This document shows positions 37,467-50,068 of a stretch of 64,000 bases of DNA, one piece after another (the first letter of the stretch is position 1; every line of letters starts with the position of its first letter). Source of the stretch: Bugula neritina (Eukaryota; Animalia; Bryozoa); NCBI GenBank assembly GCA_964035545.1, contig OZ037767.1:24134628-24198627 (forward strand), given 5' to 3'. The notes below the pieces were generated by a model, which was not told the DNA's origin, did no database searches, and saw only the letters and a list, made by a program, of their open reading frames with translations. The position numbers were made by a program, and so were the translations under genes.

Positions 37467-40265
37467 ATGAAGGGAACTCTTGTTGAATTATTTAGACTGA
37501 TAGCTTTGGTGGGTTTAATAGGGGTGAGATTAGGTGCTCCGCTAACTCCAACCTCAAGACATGGTAAGTTTCTTTACTATATTATAGTGACTTCTGCCAG
37601 CCACTAGGTGAACCAAATACGAATTATTATATTATATTCCTAGTGCTTATCTTTTTGATTGGCGTTTAAATTTAAGCTTGACTACTTTTTTCTACAAGCC
37701 AACACCTTTTTATGCAGCAAGTTTTCTTAGAACTAGAGCTATTTAAAACAAATCAGCTTTATGCTTATCATTATAAATGCTTCACACTTGATAAGCTTAG
37801 TGTGAGAACCTATGCCATCTGTGCAGACTGTGCTCCTTGATATTATGCTATTTTATTAAATTTGTTTAGTCCTCTAGTAGTTTTATACGTATGACTACTT
37901 TTATATACTTTTAGCCAAATGTATCATTAAAAATACTAAAATTAGAAGAATCGAATTGAGAAACATTAACAAACAAAATGTATATCCTGTATATAGATAA
38001 AATTAATATAGAAATTGGAGCTATTTGAAGCTTGAGCAACTCGTTGTATTACTTATATGCTGACTTCAAACATTTCTATTGTGATTTCTATAGCAATTCC
38101 CAAGTATTGCAGCAAAGTAGTATAAAAATATTTCAATAGATTAATGCAGCAAAATATTGTTAAGTAATATATATATATATATATGCATATAATAATTATA
38201 TCAAAATGCGGGGAAATAGTAATTAGGTGTGGGCTTTTTACTATTAAGTAGATTTAAAATTCATAAATTGCTATAAATTGTAAATTTCATAACTGTGAAG
38301 AGGCAAGATTAATTTGTAAGTACAGTATAAAGCTTGTTTAGGAGCATTGCTTAGTTTGTGAAGTTGACTCTTTAAAGCAATCTAGTTTTTTAATTAATGT
38401 CAATTTTTATGACGTGGGAACTATAAAACTTTTGTAACATAATGTGCCTATAGTTCGCACTCTTAGCTATATATATAAAGTAATTGGATAGTTTATAGCA
38501 AACCCTGGTTAAAATTACATAAAAGATTAAATAAATTGTCATTATATAAATAACTTGTAGTGTGTGCAGTGTACAATTGATATATAAAGATATCTATATC
38601 AAGCCTAATTGCTAACTGACTCTAACGTTTGCGTATGACATATAACAAAGTTGTATAAATATTTGCTTGTGTTAACTTGATTTGCCACACTATCTTTTTA
38701 TGATGAATTAATATGCGTAGATAATTGAACTAAATGTTACACGGAGAAATTTAGCTATTCTCATGGGTTATATTTCCATTAGTCAAAGTTTTTTTTAGTA
38801 ATGAAATTAGAACGTTAGTAATTAAATATACCAGCTTGTAATAAGATTAGTAGAGATGAAAACCTATTAACTTTATCTTAAAAATTGTATTGATTTTTCT
38901 ATATAAACAAAAAGTTTTAGCACCAAAATATATTTCAACAAGTCTTTTTTTACAAGATGATTCCTGTTTTGAAATTTAAAATTAAAGTTTCGCTCAATTA
39001 AAAGTTTTTAGCTAATTTAGTTTGTAGTGAAATTAGTATATAAATATTTTGGTTAAATTATTTTAAATAAATACTTACAACTAATAACTGGTTAACTAAT
39101 AAAATTAATTTTATTTCTGTTATTTTTAATTTAGGGAAGATAATATTTTATCAGCAAAATACTATAATGTATCTTTCAATAAATAATTTTATGTTAGCTA
39201 CATATATTACTTTTATAGATTAATATTAAAAAATCTAAACTAAATTCATAATTTTAACTGTAATTTTGTAATACCAGAGTTCTTAATTGAATAATTTAAA
39301 CCAATCTTCTCAATTTCTATTATAAATACCTTTGCTTACAAGGCACAGTTATAGCTGAACCAGGAGATAAGAGAAGAAATATGTATACACAAAATGTCAG
39401 TAACTTGCTGACATAGTTGTCAACAAAGTGGGGATAAGCAGCATATGAAATTTCTCAGTGTGATCATTCATACACAGTGCTGGAAGATGCCACAGGCATT
39501 TCATAGTTGCATAATTGTTGTTTTAATTGGTCTTGCAAGTTGTTTTATAAATTTGAAACTCTAACATAGTACGGCGAAGTCGTTGCATCAATTTTTAATT
39601 GCAATTGACTGGAGATACACATACAGAACTTCAATACTGTGATCAAATGTGCAGTTAGAATAACAACCAAACTGTTTCTTTCACATTATTATAGTATGGG
39701 GTGCCAAATGGTAAAAAAATAAAGGTATATATGAGAGCAAATTATAGACCTATGAGAGCGTTTTGTGAACATATGGGAGAGAATAATGGCTAGATACTTC
39801 ATTATAAGCATATGAGATGATAATAAGCGAATTTTCTACCATTTGGCACTCCATACTCTAGAGTCTAGCTCCTCTTTCTATCTCCTTTACATAGTTGTTG
39901 CTCTTGTATAACTGTCCAGATGAAAAAATTAATATAACATATCATACTATTTGTAAATGTTTGATTAAGTGTAATATGTTTACTTGGTAGAAAGTCTGGA
40001 TGAAAATAACAAGCTTTTAGCCCAGATTCTGTCAGGAAAAAGCGACCAAGAAGAACATGGCCAAAATTTTGACCAAGATTATCAGGTTCCTAACACGGCC
40101 CTCTATGAAAATGATTTACAAGAGTTACAAGATATTATCTACAATAGAAATATCTTGAATGAAAAGATTGAACAATATTTGTATAGAGTTTTAGAACTGC
40201 AAGGGCAAGAAGGTTATAGCAGGTCATTTTCAAAAAGAGGAATATTTAGATTTGGTAAAAAGTAG
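37467..40265 (+). CDS. RFamide neuropeptide precursor (predicted GIFRFamide), 123 aa
   Basis: Exon 37467-37563 encodes a signal-peptide-like N-terminus (MKGTLVELFRLIALVGLIGVRLGA). It joins in phase 1 to 39991-40265, an acidic propeptide ending KR-GIFRF-G-KK*: dibasic cleavage site, Gly amide donor, dibasic end. Confidence 0.88.
39692..39858. mobile_element. Tc1/mariner-like MITE (167 bp) in the neuropeptide intron
   Basis: TIRs AGTATGGGGTGCCAAATGGTAAAAAA / TTTTCTACCATTTGGCACTCCATACT, flanked by TA on both sides. Confidence 0.7.
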
Positions 40266-40969
40266 ACATGAACTGTATTTTCAAGTGTTATAATATTTTT
40301 TTATGAATAATATTGAAATATATGTTGTGATTTGCATAGCATGAATATTATATTTTATTTAATAACCATTTTCCACTTTCAACTGCAAATGGGCAAAGCA
40401 TGATAGGTAAACAAGAACCTGAAATTTTTATGTCAAGTTTAGCTGCAAGCATCGAGCTGCTTTCAGGAGTTACTGATAAAACAGGCAAGCCCTTGTATTG
40501 TCCTAATTTAGTATGCCATAGAATATTGTAAGCCGCAGCCTATAGTTTCTACATATTAACTAAACTCTAAATAAAATTCATTTCATGTATTTGTTTTAAA
40601 TTTATTCTTATGCACTCTGGTCAGCCTGCTTAACATCCATCTATGAACAAATTGAAGGGTGCAAATAAAAAGTAAGTTTGACAAATTGGGTTAAATGAGT
40701 CATATATACAAATATTATTCTTTAGAGAATTTCTTCAAAGTTAATGCAAAACAAAATTTAGCTTACTGCAATACATAATATAATCTACCGAATTAGTAAT
40801 TATTAGTATATATTCAGTTGAGCAATGATGAAAATTAGCCAATAAAAACAGTGTTTACAAAAGCAAGGGTGTGCTGCAAGTATACATATAGTTGGAAATT
40901 GTGAAACTGGAATATGTAAAGTGAAAAGGAAAATATTTATTTAAAGCAATTAAAGTAGCAACATAAAAT

Positions 40970-41030
40970 TTAATAGATTGAATAATTAATGTTTTCTAGA
41001 CAAAGTGAGAAATATCCTCCAAAACATCCC
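40970..41030 (-). CDS. Alternative distal terminal exon 14B of the micro-exon gene
   Basis: Same acceptor (GGTTACAG|G) and phase as exon 14A. Encodes (K)GCFGGYFSLCLENINYSIY*, with its own AATAAA at 40941-40936. Confidence 0.7.
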
Positions 41031-42246
41031 CTGTAACCATAACAACACAACGAAGTATTAAACAGACTACTACAGTATAGAGATGATAATATTACACTAT
41101 AATTCATATTCATTGAGCTGTCAGATACAAACTCATTCAGTGGAGTTTTGTGCACTTGATTTGCAAAGGCTCTCAGTTATAATACAGTCACATGCATCAT
41201 TCTATTATTGTCTTTCCACTTTAATTTATTTTGTATGAACCTTTAACTAAAAATACATTTCCTTCTTAGCCCAGGTTCATTAGTTTCATTTAGTAAAAAA
41301 TTATGTTGAGTTATGAAGACAGATTTGAGGTTTGGCACTAATCCTGTTGGGGTTTTTTGTGTTTTTAAATAACATATCAGTAAAGTAATTCAGTTATATG
41401 AATTCAGTTTTCAATATTTTTTGATGATGTTAATATTTTATTTTAATATTGAAATTGAAAAATTTAGTAAAATTACAACTTGATATTTTTAAGGAATTGC
41501 AATGATTTTTCCTTATTTTTTGAACATACATTATATACCACACTGGTATCACGCTGTATATCACTGAGCTGGAATAGACCAGTAATTGAGTTCATTGCTG
41601 TATATGTGCAAACCCATTACAACAACTAACAGTCGATTCGCTGTATTGCAGTACTAACTACAAATCCACAATAGGTAAAAGTAATCGAACACCACTCTAA
41701 TGCATCTACAGCTGAATGCATAGCCTATATAGGTATAAGTCTCTAAGAAATACCCCGCATGCAGTATAACCCCAATATGTTGTATTTCTTTACACAAGAG
41801 TAATTATTATATGATTGTTTTGCTAGTGCAGCTTATAATGGCAGGGTCTGCATTATTGTTTACTTGATATAAGTACTCAAAAAATATGATATTTTAAATT
41901 AAGCTAAAATTGGAAATTTTGCACCTTTGTATTTCTACAAACAGAATAACTCTTGAAAGCAAACAGATGGTGAGTCAGATGTGTTTCAGTCATGAGATTT
42001 AGTTTGGAGAAAAGTTCTGAGAAAAACATAGCTTACTAATCGGGTGGTTGTGACTTCGAGCCTTACTGATGCTCACACCATATAGCCAGAAGAGCAGCAG
42101 GGTGGCATTAGAAGTCATGACTCTTGCGGTCTTGATGTGATAGCAGAGAAATAGCTTCTCTAGCAAGCTATGACTATGTCAGTAAACATCTTGGCCAGGT
42201 AAAAGAATTTTCTAAGTGACAGATCAGCCTTATTTCAAAAGACAAT

Positions 42247-42254
42247 CACACACA

Positions 42255-42342
<88 letters not shown>

Positions 42343-42366
42343 CACACGCACAAACACACACACACA
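42247..42366. repeat. (GCAC)n / (CA)n microsatellite between the duplicated last-exon blocks
   Basis: Direct tandem repeat. Confidence 0.95.
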
Positions 42367-42657
42367 TATATATATACACATGTGCATAGTAGTCAAAGCT
42401 AGTCACATCCAAATATTATTATTCTTTAGAGCTTTTCTGGAGAACAAAATTCAACAAGTTGCAATAAACAAGAGAATTTATGGAATTTGTATTTACTAAA
42501 ATATTATTCAGTTCAATTATGATGAATATCAGCCAATGAGAACAGTGGTTACAAGAGCAGGTGTGTGCTGTAAGTCTACAAACAGTTAGAAATAATAAAA
42601 CTGGATTGTGCAAAGCGAAGAGTAAAATATTTATTTAGAAACAATGTAAAATAAAAT

Positions 42658-43548
42658 TTAGTAAATTGCGTAGCTTATCTCTTTCATCCCGAGGGAGAAT
42701 TCTCCAAAACATCCCCTGTAACCATAACAACACAACTGAGTATATTTATCAGACTACTGTACAGTATAGAGATGATAATATTACACTATTCTTAACATTC
42801 CTTGAGCTGTCAGATACAAACTCATTCAGTGGAGTTTTGTGCGCTTGATATGTAAAGACTCTCATACAGTTATAATACAATCACATGCATAAGATTCTAT
42901 TGCTGTCTTTCTTTCTATTTTGTATGAACCTTTAACTAAAAATACATTTCTTAGCTCCTTAGCCTAGGTTCACCAGTTTCGTTCAGTATAAAAACATGTT
43001 GAGTTATCAGGACAGTTTCGAGGTTTGGCACTAATCCTGTTGTGGTTTGTGTGTTTTAAATAACATATCAGTTGAGTAATCCAGTTAGATGAGCTCAGAT
43101 TTCCATATATTTTGAATAAGTTAACATTTCATATTGATGGCTAGGTCTGTAGGTTGTTGCTCGTATTACAACTTTTTCTTTCTACTACAAATTGACAGAT
43201 CTAAAGAATAACATATGAGTAAATCTTACTTTCTAGCCTTCTTAACACCCTTCTTCTTCCCATTAGCCATCTTTTCGTCAAATTCAACTCTTTTCTCGAC
43301 TCTAAAAATCCGTTTATCTCAATGACGGCTTAAAATTAGAGACGTAAAGAAAATACTGCTTATTAATTGATTACAGTTTTCAAAATCAAATTCTATAATT
43401 ACCCTCCACAACTTTTGATTTCTTCGTCTGTGTTGACCCCTCTGTCTTTCTGTTGCACTTTGTTCTCATTCATCAAACTTCAAACACACAACAACTAATA
43501 TTTATAAATCTCATATTACTTTGTTATGTATTATTATATAATTCAAAG

Positions 43549-43634
<86 letters not shown>

Positions 43635-46600
43635 GTGTGTGTGCGTGCAGCATTGAAATATTAGGGAACACATAATAGATAGCAAAATATTTTTTAAAAT
43701 ATTACCTTGACACTTTCCACTCATACCAGTCCTGTATAAAATATAGAGAGCATCTATTACACTACTTCATCTACATGGTGTATGCATATAATTCAGAGAC
43801 AAAGTTGGCCTCAATTGAAAAATATGTTCGGATGTGCAGATAACAATAGTGGCATTTTCAGAACAGGTCAGATAAATACAATATAGAACTGTCCTATTTT
43901 ATGAACATATGAGGTTTTTCAGTGACACAAAAATCTAGCACATTACCTCATATGCATTCTATTATGTGACTAGCTAGCTAGTATAGTCACTTACAGGACT
44001 GCTAAGTGGGCAACAACTTTCTATAACAGCAACTAAAAGTCAGCTACAATTATAAATCAAATGAAAAGTTAACAGCAACAAACATACCTTAACCTGCTGC
44101 AGATAGTTAACCTGAGCCTTCAGTCTGAGAAACAATAAACAAGAGAAGACAATTAACTCGGACAAATTATTATATACCTATCACACACATGTTTATAACA
44201 GCATTGTAAACACTTTCATATATTTATATTTTTTTGGATGAATTAAGTTTCAAGCTCACCCTTTGCTCTCTTGTTTCATTCCTTTGACGTAGTTTTTGCC
44301 GATAGCCAGCTCAATCTTATTCCTCTGCAAAACACAAGTTATAATACAAATAGATAACAAACATTAATAGATGGTTGCAGTTAGTTTTGTAGTACATGAA
44401 GAGTGATCAGTGATCAGAATGTAACAAAGTAGTAAGTTGATAATTTGTCATTAGGATAAATCACTTGGTATATGAAATGTGGCATATAGATATGTTAGAT
44501 GGAGTAATTAGGTGAACGAGAGAATGTGATGTCCATGTAGTCAGCAGTGTTAGCTAAATACCATGACTCATAGACCCAGTCTCAAAAGTTAAACACTTTT
44601 ACTTACCATTAATCTCTTTTCATCTTGCTCCTTTGTTCTGTAGCAAAAATTAGAAACAAGATAAAACTTATTTTAGTGACAGAAAATTCAAAATATTATT
44701 AAAGCATATATACTGACAATGTTGTAAATACCTTGATTCATTTTATTTTCAACAATGCAAGTAGCTTTGGTAAAATCTAAAAGCTGTAATATTTTCAATT
44801 TAAGAAGTTTCACAAAGTCATAGGGGTAGCCAAAACATTCTAGCAATCTAGAAATTTAAATAGCTCAGGTTTCAAATGTTGCACAAAATTAGAGCCAATA
44901 AGCATTTCATAGTTGAATGTTGAATGCTGTTTTTAGTTGATTCTACTTGCTGCATCTCTAAATTATTATCTACCAGAGTGAGTATACCAACCTATATAAC
45001 TACTTTTGTATTACTCAAAAACATGACTTCACAAGCTTTATGAATAAACATTTTCAAAATCAAACATAGAAACTAATCGCAAACATCGGTTTTTGACTCA
45101 AGATCACAGATTTGAGCTGCCATATAGTGACAAATTTAATAGTTTTTACCAGTTTGCTTCAACACTGTCTAGACTTTCACCTGTTGAGTTAATTATATAA
45201 AACTTTTACACTTTTAATACAAACACAACTAGTGTTGTTATTGAAAATCTACAACTTACTCTTCCCACTTGGCTTTCTCTTTTTCATTTGCCAAAATGGC
45301 TTCGGACATCTCCGAGTTCGTCTTGGCACTATAAAAATTAAGATATTTGTAAATACCTATAGCAAAGAATAGTAGACGTGGTCTACACATTCAACTTGAG
45401 CAGTTGATATACGTTGAGATAGAAAAGTTTAGCAGGAATTATTACGATTGGGAACTGAAATGCATGAAAAACTCATTATTTTAAAACTGCAACTTGTTTA
45501 AAATTGATCCCACCACCTATAGGCAAGGCTAATTCAATCCGTTATAAAATTACTATTCAATAAGAACTTCACGTACCAATTGAACCTATTTTTAGAATGT
45601 TATAATAACTTACAGGGAATCTCTCTCCTCCATCATCTCAGCTTTCAGCTAAAAACGGTAAAAGATAAACAATAATATTTTAAGATTTGTAACAGAATAA
45701 CCTAAAATAGCACAATACTACAACTGCAGCTGGTGGACAATTGTTATCTCAGGTAATTTGATAATTAATGAAACCTCATAATAATCCTGTTTTGATATGA
45801 ATTCAATTTATTCACATTATTTACAAACATTAGTTTGAAAAAGTTTTATACCAGCAACTAATATAGCAGCCAGGCACAACTAATTATGAATAGCATTTTT
45901 ACCTCATTTATCTTCAAAGTAAAAAGCTTTTTTGTAATTTATTTAACACTAGTAGCACCGCCTATACTTGCAATAGTAGAAATTTTAAATAGAAGTAAAT
46001 ATTCTAGACTCACCAATTCCATCTCTCTCTCAGCACAGCGCAACCTGAAAAATGCTCACAGTATGAAATTTTAGCCAATAGAAGTACAGGCACAACAGAC
46101 AATAATAATTAACATTAGCTTTGGCAGAATAGTTAAGTTGCTACCCAAAACATTAAACAAATGGAGGTCTGTTCATTTCAGTCTGCAGTAACATACACAA
46201 TTAAATAAAGCCCTCTTCAATTTTAGTAAAGAAATATAGTTGTTGCACTATAATATGCTAATTCAACAAATAACTGGATATCATTCAATATTTTTATAAG
46301 CAGCTATATAGCTCTATGTTATGTTTTCAAGCATCTAGCAAATATACTAAATTCTTTTAAATATTCCAAAGACAAAAGACACCAATTGTATACATACAAA
46401 CCCTGTTTTTTTCAACATATGCACATGAATACTTTTTATCTAAATAACCAACTTACTTCTTGTCACCGAAAAAAAATTACCCCCACTGCGATTCAAACCC
46501 GATACCTCTGGCTTGCAAACAACATGGACTACCTGGTAATCACAACACTACACCCCACCCACTTCACATGAACTCCACTGGCCTCTCTACTACTCCTTCA

Positions 46601-48033
46601 GTCATCAGGTTATACTTACTTGTTCTTCAGTTCTTCATTTTCCATCTAAGAAAAGCAAGAGGAAGTTACACTAAAGTAAATACAATAAATTATTACAGAT
46701 TTAAACTCTTTTCTTGAACTGTTTTAAGTTTTCAACAAGGATTGCACACACCTATAGTATGTATATATATAAGATGCATGTAGTTAGTTGTGACTAAAGA
46801 TCTTATAAGTCTTGAGTTGTCTGGAGAACTTATTTTAATCTACAAACCTGCCATATCAAAACACAAGCAGTTATTGTTCTTAAATTGACATTAAAATTAT
46901 ATTATTTCATATCATATAATATAATTTTTTAATTGTCAAATGAGTAATAATTATAGATAAGTCAAAAATTCATTGCGGCATACAGATAACATATAATTTT
47001 TATTAGGACTTACTTTCATAAGATCTTTCTCCCTCTCCATCTCCTTCTCCATCTCTCTGTGCCATTTGAAAAGGAAATAACAGAAATTAATATTGAAAGC
47101 ATGGACACCGAATTAACACACCAATAGGCCTCACAGGGTTTAGTAAAACCTACTCTCTGTTTGCTGTCAGAATATATTTGAGTGAGAATCTTTCACAGTT
47201 TTTCCATGACATTAGGCTTTTAGACAAACAAGTGTTGAAAAAATTTAAAAACAACATATTTTATTCTCAATACGTGATATAATAATATATATTCTACTAC
47301 AAAAGAGATCAGTATCACTATATGATATGTTCTGTATTCAAATATAGCAGCACTCATGATATCACTTCAGCATATGTTAACCAGTCACTGCTTCTTACGG
47401 AAGAGAAATTACTTACCCACATTCCTCTATCAACCTCTTGTTCTTCTACAAAATCAATGCTAGAAATGTGGTTTGCTATTAATTTATTCTAACAATATAC
47501 AACAAGCTCTGCTATTAAGTAGCTTCCTTTCTCAAAAAAGTTTGCACTTTTTAATATGTCACACTGATACTTTCTGAAGAGCAAGAAGCATGAACAAAAG
47601 GTGAGGTGTTTGTGATGAAAATAGTAACAGTCTGCTATATAATGCAGTGCAGAAAGTATAGTGCATGTAAAAATATTATTGCCATAATTTGCAACTGAAA
47701 AATGTTTTATGCAATACACCAGAAAATGTTACCTCTATATTAGGTATGCTAATTAAGATTTAAATTATTTTGCTATTACTTACCACCCACAGATAAACAC
47801 ATATGAGCTCGCAAACAACTGAAAATAAAAAAAGCCCAACCCTTACTTTGCAATATAATGAAATTACAGAACTATTTTCATATGTTCCTAAGCTATGCAG
47901 TGTATTAGCGATAAAAAACAAGTTAAGGCAGCATGAATGAAATATGTTGAAGAAACAAAGATATCAAAGTCCAGTTAAAATACTCACCTAAAGCAGCAAA
48001 TAGAATAATTGCAATTATCAAAGTCTCACTCAT
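42658..48033 (-). CDS. Micro-exon gene: uncharacterised N-terminal transmembrane + coiled-coil protein, 207 aa, 14 exons (isoform with proximal last exon 14A)
   Basis: Exons 48033-47988, 47818-47784, 47445-47417, 47056-47014, 46645-46620, 46044-46014, 45648-45614, 45328-45260, 44637-44607, 44324-44260, 44124-44088, 43449-43403, 43301-43230, 42715-42658. All introns are GT-AG, all phases are compatible, and there are no internal stops. Protein: MSETLIIAIILFAALVVCELICVYLWVKNKRLIEECGEMEKEMEREKDLMKMENEELKNKLRCAEREMELLKAEMMEERDSLAKTNSEMSEAILANEKEKAKWEETKEQDEKRLMRNKIELAIGKNYVKGMKQESKGLKAQVNYLQQVKKDRGVNTDEEIKSCGGVEKRVEFDEKMANGKKKGVKKARKGCFGEFSLGMKEISYAIY*. Confidence 0.85.
43551..43630. repeat. (TA)n microsatellite
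   Basis: Uninterrupted TA run. Confidence 0.95.
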
Positions 48034-50068
48034 TTTTTCAAAACAGCAAATATAGTAACTAGGTACACCATATAATTATGTAGAAGTAGAAGAATTTCTT
48101 TGAGTTAAACAATCCAATCATAATTATTTATGTAACAATCATAAGCCTTAGTTTTGAAAACTTAACACAATTATGTAAAAATTTTTATTGCTGATTGTTG
48201 CATTTTATAGAATGTTTTTATTATAAGTTTATTCCCACAGGCTAAATATTTACTTCCTGTTTCCACAAATAATTAAGGAATGGCTTCAAAATAATATACA
48301 ACTGAAAAAGAGATCATTAATTTATGATATGATAAAGGAACTTCATGATTCTATTGATAATAAATATAATTTTTTACCAAACTTAAATACACTTGAAGAC
48401 TGTTTAACAGAAAAAGATTCAACCTTACGTAAGAATTAATTGGGCTAAAAACTCACATGCAGTGAAAGGAAAATAATGATTTGTTAACATTAGCAGAGCC
48501 TGTCAGAGCAAAACAAATACAATAACTTGATATCTACTCATTGACAAGATGAAAGTAACTAAAATATATGATAATAGAAAGAAATCTCTACGGAAAAATA
48601 GGAGATGCAAGCAAAGAGCATAGATATAATGATGTCACATGATTTAGTGATTGTTAACAAATTGCTTTATTTTTGAAGATGCCATGCATTGTCAACTTTG
48701 ACAGATTAATGCTGTAAAATGTAAACTTTAATCAGAGAGAAGAAAACATAAATGTATTGTTTGGAGACAAGAGCTAACAAAAGCAATAACAATAAAAAGC
48801 TGCTGTACAGTACAGATATGAAGAAAGATATTATATGTGGGTTTCTTTCTGCAGGCACACAGCATCCATATGGGATTATTATAGCAACTAATAAAATCTC
48901 TGAAAGCTTCCAAGTGTCACATTGTGTGTTGGCAATTTTGCCAAGAAAGCGATGTACATAAGTGTGCATGAGGCTTGGTTTTAAAAAAAGATTTATTTAA
49001 AAATCGTGAAATGAAGCACTTATGAAATGTCGTGTACATACCAAATGAGTTATTAAGGCAAGATGCTTACTGATGGTTACTGTTGATTCCTCCAATAATT
49101 AACATAAAAGTTAAGCTCTTGCCATAAAGTGATGGTATTGTCAGACCACATAACACCTTCCCTTATTGCTGGGTGTTTGGGTGCGGCTCTTGAACATTGG
49201 CTATCAATTTTAACAACTTGTTTGCTGGAAGCAAAAGCTGTATGTGTTTTAATATGAATGTTCACATCACAATGAATTCTAATAACCTTTCAACCCCTGA
49301 GATTTGTGCACTGTTGACTGCTTAATTTTTTCCTATATACAAATATATTTGTTTGAAAAGTTGCTTTACTGACGGCAAGTACAGATGGTGAAGTCAAAAC
49401 AATGCATATCAATGTCACTCCTGTCAAGATGTGTTCTCAGTTAAATTTCTACTGAGTTGTTGAGAGTGTGAGTTTACCACAGCTACTGTAAACTCAAGAT
49501 GAACTCGAGGATTGTCTTGGACACCTTTGCAACATATCATGACTTTCAGCTGATATCTACCACGCTATAGCGATATATCATACTCAGCGAGTCATTTTCT
49601 TCTATTTATGGTGTATCACAGTGTTGTATTTTTTTTCAAAATAACTGATTTCTGACTGCATTTTGTTTTCCCTAATGAAGCCTATATTTATAGAGTGAGC
49701 TACACACACACACCCCCACACATCCCCCCCCCACACACACACACAGATTAAACAGAAGTCCTAATATTTATTTACACTAAGCTCCAACCAACTGTAAAGT
49801 GATACTAATCAGGCAAATTTATTTAAATTTGATAATCTGTAATGCAATAACATAACACACAGTGGTTTATAAAATAGCCAATGGAAATGTTTTGATCATT
49901 GGAACATCTTGGAATATATAGTAATTAATAAAGAAACAAAAATGTGTTGAAAAAAAAACAGGAAACACATGAATTGAAGCATAAAATCAAAACTTCATAA
50001 ACTCTTCATCAGCAAGCAATTGTAAAACTTTTACTGCATCACTGTAAACACACCACGAATGTCTACAT

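Larger units (their letters stand above)
40709..43135. repeat. Direct duplication of a ~720-bp block (intron 3' part + last exon + 3' UTR)
   Basis: ~40709-41440 aligns with ~42410-43135; shared strings include TTGAGCTGTCAGATACAAACTCATTCAGTGGAGTTTTGTGC and GAGGTTTGGCACTAATCCTGTTG. Confidence 0.92.

Noticed and set aside
42230-43724. ORFs with (RACV)n and (YI)n runs
   Set aside because: Microsatellite translations.
46480-46555. tRNA-like fragment on the minus strand (TTTGCAA, GGTTTGAATC); also GTTCGAATCC at 31081
   Set aside because: No complete cloverleaf or acceptor stem could be built; at most decayed tRNA-derived SINE heads.
42658-48033. Calling the micro-exon protein a tetherin/BST2 orthologue
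   Set aside because: The TM + coiled-coil layout is superficially similar. However, charge distribution suggests a cytosolic coil, the coil has no N-glycosylation sequons, and there is no convincing GPI signal.
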